A stretch of DNA of 64,000 nucleotides, from assembly GCA_018714105.1 (NCBI GenBank), contig DVNW01000023.1, positions 20,005 through 84,004 of the forward strand. The letters are read 5' to 3'. This document shows, piece after piece, positions 1 to 7,501 of this stretch (positions are counted from its first letter, which is position 1; each line of letters opens with the position of its first letter). The position numbers were made by a program, and so were the translations under genes. A model generated the notes under the pieces. That model was not told where the DNA came from. It ran no database searches and worked only from the letters and a program-made list of their open reading frames with translations. The DNA comes from Candidatus Faecicola pullistercoris. GTDB taxonomy: Bacteria; Bacillota; Clostridia; Christensenellales; CAG-917.

Positions 1-280
1 TATAATGAAGATTGATTCCGATACGATAAACATCAATTTTGACGTTTTGGGCTATATCGACCCCGACATAACCGTTAATATAATCAAGGACGGAAAAATA
101 GCAGAAAAGAAGCATCTGGAACTGCCCAGGGAAATGGTAAACGTACTGTTCTGCTCCAACCCGAGATGCATAACTTCGGCAGAGCCCGAACTCGACCATA
201 TTTTCAGGCTGACCGACAAGAAGACCCGGACTTACCGCTGCGCGTACTGCGAAAGCAAAAGTAAAAACAGACAGGATTAA
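1..280 (+). CDS. pyrI: Aspartate carbamoyltransferase regulatory subunit, C-terminal part (5' end outside window)
   Basis: ORF 5..280. The zinc-domain pattern CSNPRCIT...YRCAYCE and the preceding PDITVNIIKDGK segment resemble PyrI. The frame is open to the window edge. Confidence 0.8.
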   Translation, partial: IMKIDSDTININFDVLGYIDPDITVNIIKDGKIAEKKHLELPREMVNVLFCSNPRCITSAEPELDHIFRLTDKKTRTYRCAYCESKSKNRQD

Positions 281-295
281 ACGTAAGGGGAATAT

Positions 296-742
296 ATGAT
301 TAACAGTATAAAAGTCAATTTCAAAAAATTATCGCCCGAGGCTTTCGAGCCTAAGTACGGAACGGCCTTTTCTGCGGGCGCGGATCTGTATGCATGCACG
401 GACCTTTCCATGAGTCTGGTGCCGGGCGAAACAAAAACCGTGCCTACCGGCATAGCGGTGGAAATACCCGAGGGCTTTGTGGGGCTGGTATTCGCGCGAA
501 GCGGCCTTGCTACCAAAAAAGGCCTTGCTCCCGCAAACAAGGTTGGCGTTATAGACAGCGATTACCGAGGGGAAATACTGGTTGCCCTGCATAATCACTC
601 CTCGATGCCCGTGGAAGTTCAGCCGGGCGACAGAATAGCTCAGCTGGTTATAGTGCCGTACTATACCGCGACTTTTACCGAAAAAGAAGAACTGACCGAG
701 TCTGTACGGGGCGCGGGCGGTTTCGGCTCGACGGGCAAATAA
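296..742 (+). CDS. dut: dUTP diphosphatase
   Basis: 148 aa. dUTPase motifs SAGADL, GVIDSDYRGE, RIAQLV and GGFGSTG. AAGGGG Shine-Dalgarno (SD) upstream. Confidence 0.95.
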   Translation: MINSIKVNFKKLSPEAFEPKYGTAFSAGADLYACTDLSMSLVPGETKTVPTGIAVEIPEGFVGLVFARSGLATKKGLAPANKVGVIDSDYRGEILVALHNHSSMPVEVQPGDRIAQLVIVPYYTATFTEKEELTESVRGAGGFGSTGK

Positions 743-761
743 TATAAGGACGCGTTTTCGC

Positions 762-1637
762 ATGAAGGCCATTATTGCGGTAAATCCCTATTACGACAGC
801 GCTGCTGTCGATTATCAGTGCGCCCGTTTTTCGGAGGAATTCGCAGCCAGAGGCGTAAGCGTATCGGTATCAAGGCAAATAAAGGACAACGTCATGATAA
901 AGGACGGACGGGTATCGTGCACCTTGCCCGACGCCGATTTCGTGGTTTATCTCGATAAGGACAAGCACCTTGCGCTTATGCTGGAAAAGGCGGGATACAG
1001 GCTTTTCAACAGCGCGGAGGCCATAACCCTTTCCGACGACAAGATGCTGTCGTATATCAAACTTGCAGGGAACGGAATCAGAATGCCCGATACGGTTTCG
1101 GCGCCTTTGCTTTACGTCGATAAAAGCGACGGCGCGTTTCTTGCCGAGGTGGAGGACAGACTGGGGTTGCCCGTGGTCGTAAAGGAGAATTTCGGTTCCA
1201 TAGGCAAGCAGGTATACCTTGCCCGAAGTAAAGAAGGTCTTAAACGTCTTTACGAAGAGCTGAAGCACAAACCTCACCTTTATCAGAAATTCATAGAGGA
1301 AAGCCGCGGGAGGGACGTCAGGGTGGCGGTCGTGGGCGGGAAAGCCGTTGCGGCCATGGAAAGGCGCTCCACGGACGGCGATTTCAGAAGCAACGTAGGT
1401 AACGGAGGCACGGGCGTGAAAATCAATGCCGACGCAGAAGTCCTGAAAACGGCCGAAGAAGCCTGTAAAAAGCTGGGGCTGGATTTCGGGGGCGCGGATA
1501 TTCTGCTGTCCGACGACGGCCCCGTGCTTTGCGAAGTCAACTCAAACATGTTTTTCGAACGCACCGAGCAGGTAACGGGCGTCAACGTAGCCGGACTTAT
1601 CGCCGAATATATTTTAAGCAAAACGCATAATTTATAA
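762..1637 (+). CDS. RimK-family ATP-grasp ligase
   Basis: 291 aa. ATP-grasp pattern VVKENFGSIGKQVYLA, DVRVAVVGGK, DFRSNVGNGG and GADILL...LCEVNSN. Confidence 0.8.
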   Translation: MKAIIAVNPYYDSAAVDYQCARFSEEFAARGVSVSVSRQIKDNVMIKDGRVSCTLPDADFVVYLDKDKHLALMLEKAGYRLFNSAEAITLSDDKMLSYIKLAGNGIRMPDTVSAPLLYVDKSDGAFLAEVEDRLGLPVVVKENFGSIGKQVYLARSKEGLKRLYEELKHKPHLYQKFIEESRGRDVRVAVVGGKAVAAMERRSTDGDFRSNVGNGGTGVKINADAEVLKTAEEACKKLGLDFGGADILLSDDGPVLCEVNSNMFFERTEQVTGVNVAGLIAEYILSKTHNL

Positions 1638-1646
1638 AATTAGTAG

Positions 1647-1678
1647 TTGACATTCGTGCTTTTTTGATATATTATAAT
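1647..1678 (+). promoter_or_regulatory. Sigma-A-type promoter of the riboswitch unit
   Basis: TTGACA at 1647-1652, 17-nt spacer, TATTAT at 1670-1675 (TATAAT also at 1673-1678). It sits directly after the rimK-like stop codon. Confidence 0.55.
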
Positions 1679-1687
1679 AGTGTAATG

Positions 1688-1776
1688 AATATTTGGCAAA
1701 CTTATCGAAAGGTAAGGACGCAAAGCTATGGGTCTAAACTCATCGGAGTATGACAGCCGGTTGCCGCTATTAACGC
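1688..1776 (+). promoter_or_regulatory. c-di-GMP-I (GEMM-I) riboswitch aptamer
   Basis: GGCAAAC-CTTATC-GAAA-GGTAAG-GACGCAAAGC-TATGGGTCTAAAC closely parallels the Vc2-type core GGCAAACC..CGAAAG..GGACGCAAAGCC..GGCCUAAAC. It has a GNRA-capped P1 hairpin. Confidence 0.8.
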
Positions 1777-1793
1777 GTTAGTTAAAAGGGAAT

Positions 1794-1819
1794 ACTGCTG
1801 TCATAACGGCAGTTTTTTT
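1794..1819 (+). terminator. Intrinsic terminator (riboswitch expression platform)
   Basis: ACTGCTG-TCATAA-CGGCAGT stem with one G-U pair, followed by T7. Confidence 0.7.
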
Positions 1820-1966
1820 AATGCCATAGCGCAATATTAACAAGAATTACAGTAGTCAAAAGTTCAAACCGCTCTCACTCTTCATCTTCCGGAGTGAGAG
1901 CGAGCGAACGGCTCCCGGAGCGATTAATCAGCACCCCTCTATGACCTGAAAGGTCTAACAAAATTT

Positions 1967-1997
1967 AGCGATGGCTTATGCCATCGCTTTATTTTTA
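1967..1997. terminator. Intrinsic terminator hairpin
   Basis: AGCGATGGC-TTAT-GCCATCGCT followed by TTTATTTTT on the + strand. It also lies just 3' of the minus-strand small ORF. Confidence 0.65.
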
Positions 1998-2198
1998 TCC
2001 GTCCAAAAATTTTGACAGTCTGTTATGACGCGAACGGTATTCCGCCGCGCTTTCGCGCTCGCCCTCCCGCGCGGTCAGAGGCGAGGGAAACAGGCTTTCG
2101 GGTATTTCCCGACCGTAATCCGAACCCTGCTCCGCAACCGTATTTTTTTTATCTTCTTTGATTTTTATGCTTTTTAAAGCGCCATATTTTACAAACAC
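1995..2198 (-). CDS. Hypothetical 67-aa protein (GTG start)
   Basis: ORF track entry. AGGGAGG SD (complement of 2207-2213) lies 8 nt before the GTG. No recognisable family and a low-complexity charged sequence. Confidence 0.3.
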   Translation of the reverse strand: MFVKYGALKSIKIKEDKKNTVAEQGSDYGREIPESLFPSPLTAREGERESAAEYRSRHNRLSKFLDG

Positions 2199-2328
2199 TT
2201 ACAAATCCTCCCTTAAAACTACGCTTTTTTGTATAATTTCGTTTGCAATAATTTATTATATATTATATAATTATGTAGTATAAAATTTAAAATTACCTTT
2301 TTATACGCTTTAAATAAAAGGAGCCTAT

Positions 2329-3696
2329 ATGAAGAAAAAAATTTTTATAGTTCTTGCCTGTCTTTGCGTAGCCGTACTCGTTTTTTCGGCATGCAACAAA
2401 TCTTTCAAGCAAAAAGCCGTTACGGCCGTTCCCGCTGACGCAGTGGTAACGGGAAACGGCGGCAAGTCCGTAAAAGTAGGCAATTATCTGTATTTCGTAA
2501 ACGGTTACGTAGGCGATACCGACGTCGACAACACTTTCGGCACGCCTTACAAGAGCGCCATTTTCCGCGTTCAGCTTAACGAAGACGGCTCTATCAAGGC
2601 CGGAACCTGTGAAAGGATTGCGCCCAAAAACGTGGTGGATACAAGCACAAAGGGCGGCATTTACGTTTATAACGGCTGGATATATTACGCCACTCCCAAT
2701 ACGGAAAAGGATAAAACAGGTACGGTCAATACCACTTACCTGGACTTTTTCCGCACCAAACTCGACGCGTCTCTGACCGAAAAAATCTGGACCATAGAAG
2801 GCAGAAACACCGATTACGCCTTTTACGAGGGCAGCCTGGTGTACGTTCTCAACAATTCCCTTTATTCGGTTGACGTCGAAACCAAGAAGGAAACCGTGCT
2901 TATTGACGGTAAACTTACCACCGCAAAACTCATACGCGGTGCGGACGGGACCTTTAAAGATTATATCGTATATACGCGCGCTCTTCCCGACGAGCTCAAA
3001 AACGAAAGCTACAATCAGCTTTGCATAATCAAGGCGGACGGCAGCGACAACAAGGTTCTTATCGACGGCGACACTTACGACGAGACCAAAACGGATATCA
3101 AAAACATATTCACCATAGGCCTTCTCGATATAGTGGTCAGCAACGAGTCGCTTACCCTTTATTACACCAAGTCTTACACCACGGGCGGTTCGTCGGTTTC
3201 GGTTGGCACTTACTGCTACATGCTGAACGGCTCAAAAACTTTCGATAAGGCGCAGGAGAAACGTATATCCACTTCGTCCTTATCAGGCATTGTTCCCATA
3301 GGTTACGAGCAGGGCGTTCTGGTTACCGAAAACAGCATGGTCAACAAATACGGCTACCAGCAGGCCGAAATCGAAAAACTCATAGAACGCAGCGTTACCG
3401 TAAGGTTTGTCGAAGGAGATTACGTATATTACACCGAAACGTCTTCTGCTAACGCGCTTTACAGATTCCCGCTTAACGGGGACGGCGTCGAGGAAAAAGT
3501 ATTCTCCACCACCGGCATATCCACTACGGGCAACATGTTCGACGTACAGGACGGATACGTATATTTCATAGACACCGAGTACAACTATTTGTACCGCTAT
3601 AACTTCAAAGGCGAACTCGGCGGTAAGCCCGAACTCGTCGGCGTCATGACCGAGGAGGACAAAAAGGCTTACGACGAAAAGCATGTGGAGGACTGA
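2329..3696 (+). CDS. Lipoprotein with beta-propeller-like (DUF5050-like) Y/N-rich repeats
   Basis: Signal peptide plus lipobox (LVFSAC). Recurring YLYFVNGY, GWIYYATP, YVYYTE..LYRFPLNG and GYVYFID..LYRYNF strands. AAAGGAG SD. Confidence 0.8.
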   Translation: MKKKIFIVLACLCVAVLVFSACNKSFKQKAVTAVPADAVVTGNGGKSVKVGNYLYFVNGYVGDTDVDNTFGTPYKSAIFRVQLNEDGSIKAGTCERIAPKNVVDTSTKGGIYVYNGWIYYATPNTEKDKTGTVNTTYLDFFRTKLDASLTEKIWTIEGRNTDYAFYEGSLVYVLNNSLYSVDVETKKETVLIDGKLTTAKLIRGADGTFKDYIVYTRALPDELKNESYNQLCIIKADGSDNKVLIDGDTYDETKTDIKNIFTIGLLDIVVSNESLTLYYTKSYTTGGSSVSVGTYCYMLNGSKTFDKAQEKRISTSSLSGIVPIGYEQGVLVTENSMVNKYGYQQAEIEKLIERSVTVRFVEGDYVYYTETSSANALYRFPLNGDGVEEKVFSTTGISTTGNMFDVQDGYVYFIDTEYNYLYRYNFKGELGGKPELVGVMTEEDKKAYDEKHVED

Positions 3697-3717
3697 TATA
3701 CCCGTAACAACCGACAG

Positions 3718-3748
3718 AAACGGAGGCTTGCCTCCGTTTTTTTTATTT
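3718..3748 (+). terminator. Intrinsic terminator
   Basis: AACGGAGGC-TT-GCCTCCGTT followed by T8. Confidence 0.8.
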
Positions 3749-3840
3749 AATTAAATAAAAAACTTCAAATAGCGGGATAATTTTTTAAATTATCGCATCC
3801 TTTTGCAAATAGAGCGCCGTCGCCGATGCAATAAAATATA

Positions 3841-3879
3841 TTCGACAAATTTCGACAAAATATTACACAAACGGCGACA
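3841..3879 (+). promoter_or_regulatory. Spo0A boxes upstream of spo0A
   Basis: Two exact TTCGACA (complement of TGTCGAA) at 3841-3847 and 3851-3857. A near-copy GGCGACA at 3873-3879. Confidence 0.6.
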
Positions 3880-3944
3880 ATTTGTGATAAAATAGAGCCG
3901 GCGCGGTGTTATAATACAGAAAACAAGGTTTTCAGGAGGTTACA

Positions 3945-4712
3945 ATGAAGTCAATAGTTATTGCGGACGACAATGCCGCATTCACGAAAGAAATGGAAAA
4001 TTTCTTTTCCGCAACGGGCGGATACAGCGTAGTAGGAGTTGCTGCCGACGGTCTCGAAGCCGTGAGCATGGTGGAAAAATACAAGCCCGATTTTCTTTTG
4101 CTTGACATAGTCATGCCCGAACTTGACGGTTTCGGCGTGATGTCCGCTTTGAACTGCGACGGCTATAAACCCTCCATTATTGTAATTTCCCAGCTGGCAA
4201 CCGACGGCTTTATCGGAAAAAGTCTGAAATACGGCGCCGATTATTTTATGGCTAAGCCCGTGAGCTTCGAAAAGCTGAAAGACTATATGGACGACATGAA
4301 GGGCGAAACGCCCGTTTTGCCAAAACCCGCAACTGCGGCCAAAAGCTACGTGAACCGCAGCCTTGACGAAAAAATAGCCAATATATTCATATCGGTGGGA
4401 ATACCCGCGCATATAAAGGGTTATCAGTTTTTAAGAGAAGCTATAAAGATGGCTATAGCCACACCCGATATAATAAACAGGATAACCAAAAGCCTTTATC
4501 CCGCCATTGCCGAAAAGTTCGACACCAGCCCCAGTAAGGTGGAAAGAGCGATACGCCATGCCATCGAAGTGGCCTGGAACAGAGGAAAGATAGAAAACAT
4601 AAACATGATTTTCGGGCTTAAAATTTACAGCGCCAACGACAAACCCACCAACGGGGAGTTTATAGCGCTGATAGCCGACAAAATATGCCTAGAAGGCGCG
4701 TACAGCGCCTGA
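3945..4712 (+). CDS. spo0A: Sporulation master response regulator Spo0A
   Basis: Receiver domain (LLLDIVMPELDG). Spo0A-specific C-terminal domain: GIPAHIKGYQFLREAI, YPAIAEKF.TSPSKVERAIRHAIEVAWNRG. Confidence 0.95.
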   Translation: MKSIVIADDNAAFTKEMENFFSATGGYSVVGVAADGLEAVSMVEKYKPDFLLLDIVMPELDGFGVMSALNCDGYKPSIIVISQLATDGFIGKSLKYGADYFMAKPVSFEKLKDYMDDMKGETPVLPKPATAAKSYVNRSLDEKIANIFISVGIPAHIKGYQFLREAIKMAIATPDIINRITKSLYPAIAEKFDTSPSKVERAIRHAIEVAWNRGKIENINMIFGLKIYSANDKPTNGEFIALIADKICLEGAYSA

Positions 4713-4721
4713 TAAATAAAA

Positions 4722-4746
4722 GGGAGACCGCAAGGTCTCCTTTTTA
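4722..4746. terminator. Bidirectional terminator between spo0A and veg
   Basis: GGAGACC-GCAA-GGTCTCC flanked by an A-run and a T-run. Confidence 0.75.
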
Positions 4747-4791
4747 TGCCGTAAGGCGTGATAAGGGGGGATTATTATGAAATCCTGCCCG

Positions 4792-5046
4792 TCAGGGCAG
4801 TGGATTTTCGGGAGGACATATCATAATGTTTCCGGTAAGTATGTCCGAATAGCTGAAAGTTTTCAGTTCGCCTTCGTATTCGCTGCGCACGGTAAAAATG
4901 TTGGGATAGGTGTTTTCCACGGCTCCGTAAAAACTGACGTACTTGTTGCGTCCTTTGTTAACCGTAAATTTAAGCTTTACGTTTTTGATTCTTTCGACTT
5001 GTTTCTTACAGCTGTCGCCTGCCGTTTTAATTTGCCGCATACGCAC
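4792..5046 (-). CDS. veg: Veg family protein
   Basis: KLKFTVNKGRNKYVSFYGAVENTYPNIFTV...FSYSDILTGNI parallels B. subtilis Veg. The start (GTG 5046 or ATG 5040) is uncertain and has no strong SD. Confidence 0.8.
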   Translation of the reverse strand: MRMRQIKTAGDSCKKQVERIKNVKLKFTVNKGRNKYVSFYGAVENTYPNIFTVRSEYEGELKTFSYSDILTGNIMICPPENPLP

Positions 5047-5308
5047 ATTATTGCCAATTAAACAGCCGTTTATACTTTTTGGCGTGCGTTGTCATTACGC
5101 GTGCTTTTTGTATATATTATTAATAAGGAAAGGGCGGTTTTCAAGCCGCCGGGGCCCGACGGCAACGGATTTTCAACGCCTTAGCGAAGTCGCCGAATTT
5201 TTTTTGCAAAAATAGTTAAAATATACCTGAAAACAGTTTACAACCGAAGTATTAATAAATATAATATTACCCGATAACCGTATTATACGGTGTTAAGGAG
5301 ATTACATT

Positions 5309-5788
5309 ATGGCAGCTTACAAGAAATGTCCCAGATGCGAACTTAACTGGATAAAGATGGATGAAGAATATTGCGACGTCTGCAAGGCCGAGCTTAAAAT
5401 GAAAGGCGGAATCTCGCTTATCGAGGACGACGAGGAACTTGAAGAAGAAAGGATATGCCCGATATGCAAGATAAATTATCTTGCCGAGGATGAAGAAATC
5501 TGCGCGCAGTGCCGCGCCGAAAAAGGAAACGACATTCTGCCCAGCGAACAGGAAAAGGAAGACGAGGACGAAGGCTGGCGCGATTTCGTTGACGACGAAG
5601 TCATCGAGGACGAAGTGGTCGACGACGAGGATGAGGAACTGTCGCTTAACGCCCTGGAAGACGAGGAAATGGAAGAGTTTGAAGAGGATGAGGAAGAAGT
5701 GGACGATTACGACGACCTCGAAAACTACGACGACGAGGACGATTACGACGACGAAGACGAAGAAGAGGAAGAGGACGAAGAAGATTAA
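5309..5788 (+). CDS. Tandem zinc-ribbon protein with long polyacidic tail
   Basis: 159 aa. Two CxxC-x11-CxxC modules (CPRC..CDVC and CPIC..CAQC), then about 85 residues that are almost all D/E. AAGGAG SD. Confidence 0.8.
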   Translation: MAAYKKCPRCELNWIKMDEEYCDVCKAELKMKGGISLIEDDEELEEERICPICKINYLAEDEEICAQCRAEKGNDILPSEQEKEDEDEGWRDFVDDEVIEDEVVDDEDEELSLNALEDEEMEEFEEDEEEVDDYDDLENYDDEDDYDDEDEEEEEDEED

Positions 5789-5799
5789 CGCGGATAATA

Positions 5800-5824
5800 A
5801 GACGGGCGCCTGCCCGTTTTTTTA
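5800..5824 (+). terminator. Intrinsic terminator
   Basis: ACGGGC-GCCT-GCCCGT followed by a T-run. Confidence 0.7.
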
Positions 5825-5896
5825 TTTGTCGCTTCGGTATATTTTTTCAGCCCCCGCATATATTTTAGTGATAAAACATCACAGGGGGCTTTTAAA

Positions 5897-7423
5897 ATGG
5901 AATTTAACGTACAAACATTGTCAACGGACGCCGTCAGACAGATTGCAGGCGGAGAGGTAGCCGTAGAGAGCGCGGTAAGCGACGCCGAAAGCGGCGGAAT
6001 ACAGAAAATTCTTACCGTGGCGGCAGACGCGCGCGTTTTGTCCGCCGAAGCGGTAAACGGCGTTGCCGAGGTTACGGGCAGGGTGAATTTCAAGCTTGCA
6101 TATACCGATAAAAACGGCGAACCCGGCAGTATCGACTACTTCAACGATTTTACCGACAGGCTGGAAACAGGCGAATCCTCGGGCAATATTTACGCCACCG
6201 TGGCCGTAACCGACGCGGACGCCACCTTAAACGGAGGAGCTGTGCTTACGGCCGTCGTATCCATAAAGGTGTATACGATAGACAAAGAGAATTTAAGCTG
6301 TCTCACGGAGGCAGACGAGGCATGCTATACCGAAAAAGGCACTCTTGCGCTGTCGAGATACGTTACTTCGGTCAGACACACGGTTGACCTTAACGACCAG
6401 ATAGAAACGGGCACCAGCGTCGACAAGATACTGCTTTTCGATAACAGCGCGGTGATAACCGATATAAACGTCGGGGTTGAAAACATGCTTGTTTCGGGAG
6501 AGGCGGTGTCCGTGATAACTTATACCGCGGACGGAAAGATTGTGTCCGAGCAGCTGATTATGCCTTTCAGCGAGGAAATAGCCGCGCCCTCTCTTGCGAT
6601 GGGGCAGAAAGCCTACGGCTGCGCCACGGTAAAACAGGCTAAAATAATTTTAAGCGGCGTCGAGGGAGGAAACGTAATCAGGGCAGAACTGGGAGTCGAA
6701 CTGGAAATCAGAGTTTTTGCCTGCGAGGAACAGCAGTTCGTAAGCGATATATTCAGTACCGAGTGCGAACTCGAAAAGACCATGGCTTCGCTTAACGTAA
6801 AACTGCCGCTGGGGTCGGCTTCGTTCAAGCGCAAGGTTACGGGACAGGTCAGTCTGGATTCAGACATGCCTGCCGTAAGAGAAGTTATCGCCGTTGCGGG
6901 AGCTTCCAACAACGTGGCTTCGGTTGTCATAAACGGCATTTCAGATACCGAAAACGACAAGTTAAACATAACTATTGAGGGAATTGTAAACGCCTGCATA
7001 CTTTACAGCGACGAAAACGGACTTAATTCGGTAAACGCCGAAATACCCTATTCCGAAACCTTTGCGCTTTCGGGAGATATGAAAAACGCCACTTCTGTTA
7101 CCGCCTGCGGCATAGTGTGCGACGCGGAAGCAAGGGCCAGACGGGATAAAGAAATAGAATTCTCGGCAAAGCTTGTCATTACCGCCGACGCGGGCGAAAG
7201 CAAGTGCGTAAACGTGATAGGCGCGATAGCGGAGGGCGAAAAAAAGACTGTAAACGATTGTACGCTCAGCATTTACGTAGCCGAGGAAGGAGACGGAATC
7301 TGGGACGCGGCTAAGGCGTTGTGCGCCCGCCCCGACAGTATTTTAAGTCAGAATCCCGCCGTCGTATTTCCATTAAAAGGCGGAGAAAAGATAAAATTCA
7401 TGCGAAAGGCCGCGGTACTTTAA
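5897..7423 (+). CDS. DUF3794-like protein with degenerate C-terminal LysM (SipL-like spore morphogenetic protein candidate)
   Basis: 508 aa. Repetitive beta-rich body and a LysM-like C-terminus (YVAEEGDGIWDAAKAL...PLKGGEKI). Its position between veg and ispE matches the Clostridial sipL neighbourhood as I recall it. Confidence 0.55.
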   Translation: MEFNVQTLSTDAVRQIAGGEVAVESAVSDAESGGIQKILTVAADARVLSAEAVNGVAEVTGRVNFKLAYTDKNGEPGSIDYFNDFTDRLETGESSGNIYATVAVTDADATLNGGAVLTAVVSIKVYTIDKENLSCLTEADEACYTEKGTLALSRYVTSVRHTVDLNDQIETGTSVDKILLFDNSAVITDINVGVENMLVSGEAVSVITYTADGKIVSEQLIMPFSEEIAAPSLAMGQKAYGCATVKQAKIILSGVEGGNVIRAELGVELEIRVFACEEQQFVSDIFSTECELEKTMASLNVKLPLGSASFKRKVTGQVSLDSDMPAVREVIAVAGASNNVASVVINGISDTENDKLNITIEGIVNACILYSDENGLNSVNAEIPYSETFALSGDMKNATSVTACGIVCDAEARARRDKEIEFSAKLVITADAGESKCVNVIGAIAEGEKKTVNDCTLSIYVAEEGDGIWDAAKALCARPDSILSQNPAVVFPLKGGEKIKFMRKAAVL

Positions 7424-7439
7424 CGAAGTCCCTGCGATG

Positions 7440-7465
7440 AAAGCCGCCTTCGGGCGGCTTTTATA
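7440..7465 (+). terminator. Intrinsic terminator
   Basis: AAGCCGCC-TTCG-GGCGGCTT followed by TTTTA. Confidence 0.7.
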
Positions 7466-7466
7466 C

Positions 7467-7495
7467 TTTACAAATCTGAAGCGTGATTGTATAAT
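7467..7495 (+). promoter_or_regulatory. Sigma-A-type promoter placed for a leaderless ispE mRNA
   Basis: TTTACA at 7467-7472, 17-nt spacer, TATAAT at 7490-7495. The ispE ATG begins 7 nt after the -10. Confidence 0.5.
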
Positions 7496-7501
7496 GCTAA
7501 T

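Noticed and set aside
1820-2329. A possible invertible (phase-variable) switch between the riboswitch and the lipoprotein gene, by analogy with the C. difficile flgB leader.
   Set aside because: I found no flanking inverted repeats of useful length (15 bp or more), only short local hairpins and AT-rich noise. No recombinase gene is nearby.
4777-5215. + strand ORFs of 94 aa and 90 aa overlapping veg and its upstream region.
   Set aside because: They lie antisense to, or flank, the Veg homologue. They have no SD and no similarity to anything.
5481-5960. A 159-aa K/R/T-rich + strand ORF overlapping the acidic-tail gene.
   Set aside because: It is an alternative reading frame of the GA-rich (GAn)n DNA that encodes the poly-D/E tail. 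It runs through the terminator and has no SD.
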